A stretch of DNA of 64,000 nucleotides, taken from NCBI GenBank assembly GCA_964035575.1, contig OZ037838.1:620001-684000 (forward strand), in the 5' to 3' direction. Position numbers and translations under genes: made by a program. Positions 1 through 9,241 of the stretch are shown one piece after another; within the stretch, counting starts at the first letter, position 1, and every line of letters starts with the position of its first letter. Under the pieces are notes generated by a model. That model saw nothing but the letters and a program-made list of their open reading frames with translations. It was not told where the DNA came from and searched no databases. The DNA is from Rhynchopus sp. YZ270_cl-10 (Eukaryota).

Positions 1-1335
1 CTACCCAAGCAAGACCAATCCATACGAGAGATCACAAGAACTCATCACTAGGCTCCAACAAGAAACTTAATCTCTACCCTAGCTCAACCAAGAACTTCAC
101 TCAAGCAGGACCCCCATACGAGACGTCACAAGAACTCGTCACCTGGCTCAACCAAGAACTTAATCTCTCACCAGGCTCATCCAAGAACTGTACTCACGCA
201 GGGTTACCAAGTATAAAACTCATCAGTGTTCGCGGCGCAAAAGAAACAAACAAAGTGCAAACAGCACATAGAGAAAACGTAAAACATGACACATATCCGA
301 ACATCAAATACTCGATCCACACAAGAGATCCCAAGAACTCATCACCCATGAGAGACTAGCCCCCTCGGCACTCAGTCTCACACTAGGGCTCAACCAAGGA
401 CTTTTCTCCAGCAGGACCACCAAGTGTACACTCATCCGCATTCATGTAACAGGAAAGGAAGACAGAGCAAACAGACACAAAAAACATCCGAGCATAAATA
501 CAACGGTAATTCATGAGACCACAGAGCTCTACCCCTGGAGAGACAAGCCCAACTGGCGCACATCTCCTATCACCCGGGATCAACAAGCCTACAAGTGTCA
601 TCGAAACCTCTAACCCTGGAAAGACGAGCCCATACGGCACTCAGTCTCTTTATCACCCGGGATCAACAAGATCTCTACGCAAGCAGAACCAACCCATGCG
701 AGAAGCCACAAGAACTCTAACCCTGGAGTCACCCGGGATCATCAAGAACTCTGCTCAAGCAGGGTTACTCAGCATTAGCTCATCCGCTTTTGTGCCACAG
801 GAAGAAACAAAACAGTGTACAAGTAACATAACAGAACACAAACACCACAGAGAGAGCGAAAAATCCCCCGAGCAAGAACTCTAACCCATGAAAGACGAGC
901 CCATCCGGCCCTCAGTCTTATCACCCGGGATCATCAAGAACTCTGCTCAGGCAGGGCCATATAAACTCATCAGTGTTCTTGTAACAGGACAGAAAAAACA
1001 GTGCAAGCAGACACGAAAAACATCCGAGCATAGATACAACAGTAATGCATGAGACCACAGAGCTCTACCCCTGGAGAGACAAGCCCAACTGGCGCTCATC
1101 TCTTATCACCCGGGATCAACAAGCCTACAAGTGTCATCGAAACCTCTAACCCTGGAAAGACGAGCCCATACGGCACTCAGTCTCTTTATCACCGGGGATC
1201 AACAAGATCTCTACGCAAGCAGAACCAACCCATGCGAGAAGCCACAAGAACTCTAACCCTGGAGTTACCCGGGATCATCAAGAACTCTGCTCAAGCAGGG
1301 TTACCCAGTATTAGCTCATCCGTATTCATGTAACA
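1..1335. repeat. Complex degenerate tandem repeat region with a ~536-bp higher-order duplication
   Basis: Recurrent aagaactc / cacccgggatc(a)acaag motifs. 479-790 is nearly identical to 1016-1330, and the ORFs at 513 and 1049 begin with the same sequence. Confidence 0.75.
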
Positions 1336-1407
1336 GAGCAAGCTGATCAAGCAGGTTAGCCAATGAGGCACTATTTTTAGAAGAAGAAAACAGGGAGCGG
1401 GGGGAGG

Positions 1408-4400
1408 GAAAGCTTTTTGATAAAAATTAGCGAAATACAAAAACCAGCGCGTGTGGAAGAAAAAAGGAGAGGAAAATATTTTTTCTGATTCAAAGTGGTG
1501 TTTACGTTTTGGGTACGGGGCGGAGAATAAAATCTGTTCGATAAAAGAAACGCGAGCTTATTGTTTTATCTTGTTCATTTTATTTTTCCTTCCTTCAAAA
1601 CTACACACACAACGCTTTTTTGGTTTTTGGGAGACACACAAGGTGCCAGGTTCTATGATAAGCACGGAACCACCCTGCACCTGTTTGTCATATTGTTTCC
1701 CGTGCAATACATGGAGAAACGTTTCGCACTCGAAACAAGGGAATAGAAACAACTCCCCCCCTCCCCTTTTCAACCCATCCCTGCCGCACAAGGGACCACA
1801 GCGTTGCCGCAGTAGGGAAGGGGTGGACGAGCCGCCGATAACATTAAAGAGAAAAAACAGTTTTCTTTCCTTACGTCAAAAACTCTCTCTTTTTTAATTG
1901 ATTTGGTTTTGGTTGAGACACATCAATGGTGTAGGTTCTGCGGAATCACTGAACCACCCATATCCTGTATCACATCGTTGATTGTTCTTTCCCTGCGTTG
2001 ACTGCAGGAAAGTTCGCGAAAACTATCGCGACCAGTTTACAATAAAAGACTCCAGCGTCGGTTTTCTTTTACACAGAAATAACAAGAAACGATAACCTGA
2101 GCTGACACCTGGGCGTTCACACCAAACCCAGAGTGCCGTACAAACCCAGAGTGCCGTACATAGAGGCACAAATAATATAACCTACATTCTTGAACTCTTC
2201 TACTATTGGACGCATCCTTCGTCCCGACCAAGACCTTCTCCGAAGACCTGATGCCTGACAACAACCTAACCACCAGCGGGTCCACCCCTGTAGGTGGGAG
2301 GAGGAGACCTGACACCCAGCTCTCGCTTGTGTTTGCGGAGGACGGCACTCACAGTGGTGCTCAAGCCGAGGTGCATGAGGTGTCCATCCGGGAAGTTCTC
2401 CACAAAGCAAGATCCGAAGGTCGCAACCCTGCCACGTCGCGTCAGTCTCCTGGGCAGTAAGCGCACAACGTGTTGCCACATCCGCCGTGATATCGTGAAT
2501 CCCACCTCAACCAAGGGGTGCGACTCCAGGGACCACGCGTAGCTCCTGACTCCCGATTACTATCCAGAGGTACGGAGGGTGTCGACCTCCTTGTGGCGTT
2601 ACACAACCAGCATGTCCCCCACGCCGCACCCATCAACGCCAAGTGCTGCAGGGCCCCTCGCTTCCAGGAGTGGTCGCGAACCTCCGGGAAGTACAGAGAG
2701 GTTTCCCGTCCCAGGCTGTGAACGTCTGACATACTGAACGCCACTCCGCGTTGCTTCCAGTAGCGGACGACGGGGAACATGTACTAGGGGAGGGTGTACA
2801 GCAGCTCGGCTGGGTCCCCTCGCAGCTTGGCCACCTTCCGAGCCGCACTGCTCATGATGTGACCTTTGGATGAAGAAACAAGAGGATTAAAAAACACAAG
2901 TACACGTGCACGCAGTGATCAGCTGCTTGTGTTCATTGGCATTCAGCTGGACATGACGGCGAAGACCGTGTGCCAGACGAGAACTGGAGGCGTAAGCTGC
3001 TCGTGTCGCCGTTCCCCCGGGTCCTCACGTCATGCAGAGCGGTGGCACCACCACATCGGGTGTTACGGATGGACACACTTGGTCATGCGCATGCCGATCG
3101 CCGGATTCGCTCTGATTGCTGCCTCTCTCATCAGATTAGCTGCCACTGCGCTACAGCCGTAGACTGGGACAGGACTATGACCCTATTCGACGCTACTCCT
3201 ACTAAAGGACTTTCGTCGTGCGGAGGTGAGGGCCTCGATGTGTGTTGATGGAGGCGCCTGTCTGCCATATCTGGTCGAGCGCCAGCGACGGTGCCTCCTT
3301 TGTCTTGTTGGGCCCTACGACAATGAAAGGTGAAAACGCGTGTGAACTGGACGCTGCGACACCGTCGAACGCTTCTCCTGCATCTTGATCTGCGCAAACT
3401 TGTGCGCATCCAGCAGCAGCTTCGACAGCGCCACAATCTGGTTCGGGCGGAAGGTTGCGCGACTGCTAGATCAGACGCATCACGAACATGTCGCGCTGCC
3501 CCTCCGCCAGATGCTTCCACGGCACCACGTGGTGATCGGCGACGGCGGCATCGGCGTCACGTCAAACCCGAGGGCCGCTGCAGCACCCGAGTTTGTCTTC
3601 TCCCCGGCCGCCATGTCCGCAACCCCCTCAAGCGAGGAGTCCTTCTTCGACGGGTTCACTGTCCCAACAAAGGCAATGTTCTCGCGGTGGGTATTCGTCG
3701 AAAAGTTCTTCAGATTCGTAGGAAACTCTCCTGCCGACGCGCGTACCCGTCAATTCGCATTGAGGAGCTGTTCACTGCCCTCATCGCCATGGCTGCAGCT
3801 GACTCTGTTGCCCCGCGAGATTACGGCCTGGTGGCTTCCCACGACAACTCCACGGCGGAGTCACGTACCACAAAGGATCTTCACTGCCTTTTCCTGTGCG
3901 GAGACTGATGGATCACTTCGCACAGGCATACTAAGGCATCGCGGCCCCGACATCCCCTAGAGAATCTACGCAACAGAGAAGGTTGTGGGTGAGCGCTCGA
4001 TGTCGTGCAGTTGTGGTGTGAGGGAGAACCGGTTTAGACTCTTGTCGTATAGGGGGTGGCATCTGAGCATGGTACCCCTATGTCGTATTCCCTCGCATCG
4101 ATCAGAAGGCGAGCCAATCGGTCTTCTGCGCGATCTTGAAGGTGGGGCAGCCTTGCGGATGGGGACAATACTGGTGATACGGATCACCCTCTATTCCTTC
4201 AGGGCGGCGCTACACATCAACGTCACCTCCACAGCCATGCAGACTAGGATGTAGTACCTCTGGTTCTTCCACGTGCGCTCAATCGCCCACACACCGCAAT
4301 CCTGCAGCTCCATGTTCCGCGTCATCGCAACGGAGCGTGAACAGCGTCCCATAAAAAACAACGCCTCCTCAGCAGGGAAGCCGATCCGGATCCCAGGTAC

Positions 4401-5155
4401 ATCCGTAAACGTCATACAGGCTCAGTGGGCTCGTCGTCGTCACATTGCAGGGAAAACTACGCAAGCAACGGGCACTAGTGTCGTGTAGGTTCCGTCCGAC
4501 ACAACCTCCACGTCTGGAAGCTGGCGCCGAGCACCTGCAGCATACGTCCTTCGTTCCCGTCACCGGAGTGTACGAAAACTCCCGCTACACCACTGGCAAC
4601 CACTGCCCACTCTTGCGCGGTCGTTGCTGTCGGCGGGTGCTACGGTGTCCTGCTCAAACGCTCTGCTGGTACCTGCCGTCCAACGTGCGTGTGAGTGACA
4701 CAAGATTGTGGAGGCACGTCGTTCTGCTTCTTCCGCAGATGGCCTCCCAGCGTCGTTTGTCGCCAACCCGAAGCGTCGTGGTGGACACACAGATCGCAGC
4801 CTGTGCACGGGATCGCTCCTGCAGGTTCAGCGTCTAGGCCAGGACGGTTGTGTCACCAGTACTCAACCGCGTGAGTCCGCACCTTCGGGCATCACCTTCC
4901 CTCATAGCTCATGTCAAAGCCGTCTTCGCACAGCGCTGCTGCAGACGCCATCGTACGCCATACGTCCGCAGTTGTATCATATAAAGAAAGCTTTTTGATA
5001 AAAATTAGCGAAATACAAAAACCAGCGCGTGTGGAAGAAAAAAGGAGAGGAAAATATTTTTTCTGATTCAAAGTGGTGTTTACGTTTTGGGTACGGGGCG
5101 GAGAATAAAATCTGTTCGATAAAAGAAACGCGAGCTTATTGTTTTATCTTGTTCA
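1408..5155 (-). mobile_element. Degenerate tyrosine-recombinase (YR) retrotransposon with split direct repeats (Ngaro/VIPER/TATE-like architecture)
   Basis: 170-bp repeat A at 1408-1577 and 4986-5155, apparently identical, and repeat B at 1578-1741. Internal decayed motifs: YR box II-like HSWKRGALQHLALMG...RHKEVDT (minus, ~2570-2680), RT/RNaseH-like FIGIQLDMTAKTV and LFDATPTKG (plus, ~2930-3210), and C48/Ulp1-like H*...QDCGVWAI (minus, ~4275-4430). Confidence 0.65.
2560..2780 (-). pseudogene. Tyrosine recombinase C-terminal remnant (frameshifted)
   Basis: ORF 2442..2780 carries RDHSWKRGALQHLALMG (HxxR). A shifted frame then gives RHKEVDTL followed by a further shift toward RYL, the usual H...Y of box II. 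Confidence 0.55.
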
Positions 5156-5370
5156 CACTGTTGTGTGGGTACAGCTGTCTCGTTGCAATGCCGCCTGTTG
5201 CTTCATACCCGAACACAACGACACGTGAACACGGTGATATCGCAAAGGACCCATAATGGGCGAGCGGCATTATACCCACACGGGACATGGTCGCCACATC
5301 GTACTGGTGCAGGGGTGTAGTGTAATCATCGTCACCTTCGTCATCATCAGAATCTTCGCCACATTCATGA
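5156..5370 (-). pseudogene. Orphan 3' fragment of a UBL-beta-propeller unit (blades 6-7), cut at its stop codon by the YR element
   Basis: Translates to ECGEDSDDDEGDDDYTTPLHQYDVATMSRVGIMPLAHYGSFAISPCSRVVVFGYEATGGIATRQLYPHNS, matching the array C-termini. No N-terminal part is present. Confidence 0.8.
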
Positions 5371-5834
5371 AGATGCCGCAATAGTAATCGGCAGCAGCTG
5401 AAACAAAAAAAGAGCACAGTCGAGTGCGGGTTGTCAAAAACAAAATGTGTTTTTTCGATACTTGTTTTGGGGGCGTGGAAAGTACAACATTATGCAAATG
5501 AAAAATCAATTTTAGAACAGGATTAATAGCAACCTGCTCCCCTACCGGAACCCAGAGCACGACGACACTTGGCAAGCAGTTGTGTGATAACGTTTTGTGT
5601 TTGATATTGTGCTTATAACATGTACTTGTCATGTCATGACATGTATCGTTCGTCGTGAGGGTTGCTTGATGGCAGCCACATCAGTGCGCAACCGATGCGG
5701 AAGCAAGGTGGCACCACACAGCTGCGACAGTGGACACAGAAGAACTCTGCCGTGTGGAGCAGCAGCGCACCCACACACCGAATGCCAAACCCGCATGCGA
5801 AGGCAGCACACATCTCAGCACCGTCGCTCCCGCA

Positions 5835-7232
5835 CTACGGCGTGGGTGTCGGGAAGAAGTCCTCTGCAGTGTCCGACACGAAGCAGCCGATCGGTGCTGC
5901 CACGTGCCCGTTCTCTGTGAGGTACTGCTCGAGCCCCAGGCCTGTCTGGCCGTCGCTGCGATGGAAGGAGAAGGGCAGATCCGGTCTTGCCTTGTGTGTG
6001 TTGATCGGTGCTATGCACAGCTCCTCTGGTTTGAAGCCATGCGACGCCTTCTCGACCGACACCACGTAGCCACCGTCCACATCCGTGATCTGTGCGGCAC
6101 GGACAGATGGGCCCTCCCCCGCATCCTCCAACACCTCAACCCACCACCCCTGCTGCAGCACCGGCAGCACACGTATTTGAACGCTCAATGCGGCACTTCC
6201 AGCGCGTGCCGTGGCAACAGGGGCCAACATGTTGGAATCGGTCAGGCATTCACCCGTTCGGCTATGTTCCAACCGGACTCGTCCCTCCGGCAGTCCACAC
6301 TTCACAGCAACCTTGCTGCGTACAACTCCAATCATCTCCGCGCTATCACTATCCAGGAAGATACGCACCTTGGAATCTTCCTTGCCGTCTTCAGACACGT
6401 TTATTAAGCATGGGTATATGGGTGCCATGGCCCCGCAGTCGCAAGCATAACCGAGGACGGGGTCCGCCTTGTCTCTGGAGGGCGACAGGAACGTGCACAT
6501 CGCAGTGCTGCCGCTGACAAACACCTCCGCCAGCATCTGTGTCAGAAGCGACCTTTCAAAGGGAATCGCCGACTTCCTCTTCGCAGCCATTGTGATACAG
6601 GTCGCAAACGCAGCATCCGCAAAACCATGCGCAAAGTCCTTCTTTCCAGTCGGTATGGCCACAACATAGAAGGAAGACGCACGGTCGTTTCCCTTCATAA
6701 AGTGAATGCACGTCGATGTGTCTTCGCTCCTTGGCATCTTGTGCACATCGTCAATCAACCTCGCTGCTGCGGCCCACGTTGCCACCTCCTTCGTAGTGGC
6801 GCCTTCAAGCGCACCGTTGACCACCTTCGGCAGCTCCATAGGCTTATTGGAGAACACGTCTACTGCACTGCTGTCTTCGAGTAGGAACGCCGCCATCGAA
6901 AACCTGACGTTCTTTGCAAAGCCCGCCTCCATGACACGCTTGGCAACCTCCAGTGTGCCTCTGGGCTCAAAGCACTTTGCTGGGTCGTATGAGACGAAGC
7001 ATGTGCCTGCTGTGCCCTCTGTGGTGCGCAGAGGCAACGAAAGCGCCTCACCAAGAGCGGCTGTGCACCCATCCGTGCCAAGAGGCTCCTCGTGGAAGGT
7101 GTTGGAGATGGTGGTTGATCTGTAATGCCAGTCCGTCTGGGTGATAACGTTGTCCTTGATGGAGAGGAGTGTATCTCTGTCCACTTTACTCTGGTCCTCA
7201 CGAGACGTCAGACAGCAACCGAAGGTAAACAT
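5835..7232 (-). CDS. Divergent kinesin-motor-like protein lacking the P-loop, with a putative C-terminal ubiquitin-like domain and an SH3/Tudor-like segment (465 aa)
   Basis: IPFERSLLTQMLAEVF and MCTFLSPS resemble the kinesin IPYRxSKLTxLL and MIAxISPS motifs, and LEGATTKEV resembles VEGLTxxxV. TCFVSYDPAK sits where TIFAYGQTGSGKT is expected. IGVVRSKVAVKCGLPEGRVRLEHSRTGECLTDSNML has a UBL pattern. Confidence 0.7.
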   Translation of the reverse strand: MFTFGCCLTSREDQSKVDRDTLLSIKDNVITQTDWHYRSTTISNTFHEEPLGTDGCTAALGEALSLPLRTTEGTAGTCFVSYDPAKCFEPRGTLEVAKRVMEAGFAKNVRFSMAAFLLEDSSAVDVFSNKPMELPKVVNGALEGATTKEVATWAAAARLIDDVHKMPRSEDTSTCIHFMKGNDRASSFYVVAIPTGKKDFAHGFADAAFATCITMAAKRKSAIPFERSLLTQMLAEVFVSGSTAMCTFLSPSRDKADPVLGYACDCGAMAPIYPCLINVSEDGKEDSKVRIFLDSDSAEMIGVVRSKVAVKCGLPEGRVRLEHSRTGECLTDSNMLAPVATARAGSAALSVQIRVLPVLQQGWWVEVLEDAGEGPSVRAAQITDVDGGYVVSVEKASHGFKPEELCIAPINTHKARPDLPFSFHRSDGQTGLGLEQYLTENGHVAAPIGCFVSDTAEDFFPTPTP

Positions 7233-7797
7233 CTTGGTGTGGGGTGGAAAGGCCTGTGTGTCGTGTATGAACAGCAGTTGTGCACTACCTCAGAGCGGGA
7301 CATCGCACAACGGCTGGTGGTCATCTTCTGAGAAAGCTTGCAAGGGATGTACACTGCTGTGCACACAAGCACAGCGCATTGAGGATGCGTCGCAGGAAAG
7401 CAGGAAAGCAGGAAAGGGGGGAAACAGCTTGCCAAGAAGAGGAAAGGCTACACAACAACATCGCTAAAAATTGAAGAAAAAAACCGACACATGAATGAGT
7501 GTTCTGCACCACTGCGCATCTTCGTCACCATCGGGGCCAACACGTTTGCACCATGAGTCATGAAGGCTTCGCACAACGTCAAAGTTTCTGAGTGTCGCCC
7601 ATCCAGCAAGACCCCTGCTGGGGACGGGATTGACGCGAGCGCCTCATGGGCATCGTGTGAGGTGGGCGACCTGTGGCAGGCAAACAAAAGAAAAGCAGCA
7701 ACAGGGCTGAAAGGGGAGGTTCTTGGGGTGTTTTGAGGGTCTTGGGTTTTTTTGCAGGGGGGATATTCAGCACCACCCTCCCTCCCCTGGTCACACA

Positions 7798-8937
7798 TCA
7801 CTCACTGTTGTGTGGGTACAAATGTTGTGTCACAATGACGCCATCCGGTTGCATAACCACAACAACGCGCGAACACGGCGATATCGCAAAGGATTTATTA
7901 TAGGTTTGCGGTATCACACGCACACAGGACATGGTTGCCACATCATACTGGTGCAGGAAGAAAGTGTAATCGTAACACCCACCGTCAGAATCTTCACTGC
8001 CTTCATCTCTAGATTCCGCAACCTCTACCCTGACCACAAGGTACTTCCCACACGGGGTGAACTGCATGCACTCGACACGCCCATCCCCATCCACAGCAAC
8101 ACTGCGAAGAGCCACGCCATCCCGATCATAGAGCTGTACGTTGTTTCCCTTCTCCACAGCAAAGACAGAGGCAGACCGTGAGAGCGCCACTGCACGCCAC
8201 GCGTCCGTCGGCACACATCCCACAGCTTCACCTGTGTTCACATCCCACAGACGTATGTTGCCCTCCATGTCTGATTTAGTGATCACCCACCCACCACAGT
8301 CCGACACTGCCATTCCCCAACACCTTTCGTGCGAGAGAGAGCGGAGCAACGTCAGGTCTTCGTCATACACAGAGACGCCGTCTTTTCCCTTCGAGACAAC
8401 AACACCGCCACACGCGAACACTGACTTCGAGAGGCCGTCGACTTTGCGGAGCACCTCCCCACCCGGAAGCGCAACCTCGAGAAGGTAATCCCCACACGCC
8501 AGGTAGCAGCGTGTCTTGCACTGCGAGATCGCAGGCCGACCGTGCACATCACTGTCCACTTCAAACGAGAAGACAGTATCGAAGGTTTCTGTGTCGAAGC
8601 CGCCAACATATCCACTTCCGTGCGGACTATAGACGCAGAGTGTTCCACAACGCGACAGCGACAGGGTTCCCACATGAGTTGCAGTGTACTCAGCAGGACA
8701 CTTGATGTCGGCCAAGCGAGGGCGGGCAAGCACAACCTGCACCCCTGCACAAAACGCAGTGTCCTGCAGACGGCACGTCCCCTCCAGCACCTGCGTGCCG
8801 ATGCGCATCTCGACAGACGCAGGCGAGACAGCAAGCGCCGTGCACGCAACCTCCTTTGCCGCTGCAACGTTCGCCTCGCACGGCACCTCCACTGTCGCAG
8901 TCACGCCTGACTCTTCCAGCACAAAGGTCACATCCAT
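7798..8937 (-). CDS. U1: UBL + 7-blade WD40-like propeller (379 aa)
   Basis: Intact ORF from MDVTFVLEESG to LYPHNSE, with WD-like LWDVNTG/LYD/QYD strands. Confidence 0.9.
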   Translation of the reverse strand: MDVTFVLEESGVTATVEVPCEANVAAAKEVACTALAVSPASVEMRIGTQVLEGTCRLQDTAFCAGVQVVLARPRLADIKCPAEYTATHVGTLSLSRCGTLCVYSPHGSGYVGGFDTETFDTVFSFEVDSDVHGRPAISQCKTRCYLACGDYLLEVALPGGEVLRKVDGLSKSVFACGGVVVSKGKDGVSVYDEDLTLLRSLSHERCWGMAVSDCGGWVITKSDMEGNIRLWDVNTGEAVGCVPTDAWRAVALSRSASVFAVEKGNNVQLYDRDGVALRSVAVDGDGRVECMQFTPCGKYLVVRVEVAESRDEGSEDSDGGCYDYTFFLHQYDVATMSCVRVIPQTYNKSFAISPCSRVVVVMQPDGVIVTQHLYPHNSE

Positions 8938-9039
8938 TGTTTTGTCTTCTTCTTGTTGTCCCTCTGTGAGGAGATGAGGTGTGGGTTGTGTGTGGGTCTG
9001 TGGTGGTTCTCGTTGTGAGAGGTGATGAATGGAAAATGA

Positions 9040-9241
9040 TACTCAGCATCGCGATCTGTCACCCACACGAGAGCACCGCATGGGCAGCGTGTGAGGTGGG
9101 CGACCTGTGGCAGGCAAACAAGAGAAAAGCAACAGGGCTGAAAGGGGAGTTTCTTGGGGGTGTTTTGAGGGTCTTGGGCTGTTTTGCTGGTACCCTGGGG
9201 TATATTGATCACCACCCTCCCTCCCCTCCCTTGGTCACACA
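9040..9241 (-). promoter_or_regulatory. Conserved inter-unit spacer block with polypyrimidine tract and CAG acceptor (representative copy)
   Basis: Minus strand reads gcttttctcttgtttgcctgccacag|gtcgccc, with the AG ending at 9105. Close variants recur near 7.7, 12.7, 18.4, 22.0, 24.8, 26.2, 30.8 and 40.5 kb. Confidence 0.5.

Noticed and set aside
513..1897. ORFs at 513, 1049 and 1451 (and 5029, 56857)
   Set aside because: They lie in tandem or terminal repeats, have no recognisable motifs, and duplicated copies end at different points.
8720..8937. Conjugatable ubiquitin/SUMO precursor or polyubiquitin-like gene
   Set aside because: No C-terminal Gly-Gly after the last strand and low similarity to ubiquitin itself; treated as an integral UBL domain.
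8352..8977. Recurrent alternative-frame and antisense ORFs over each unit (MQRQRRLRARR..., ...MSAKRRASTTCT...)
   Set aside because: They are shadows of the near-identical GC-rich UBL block and terminate at variable positions among copies.
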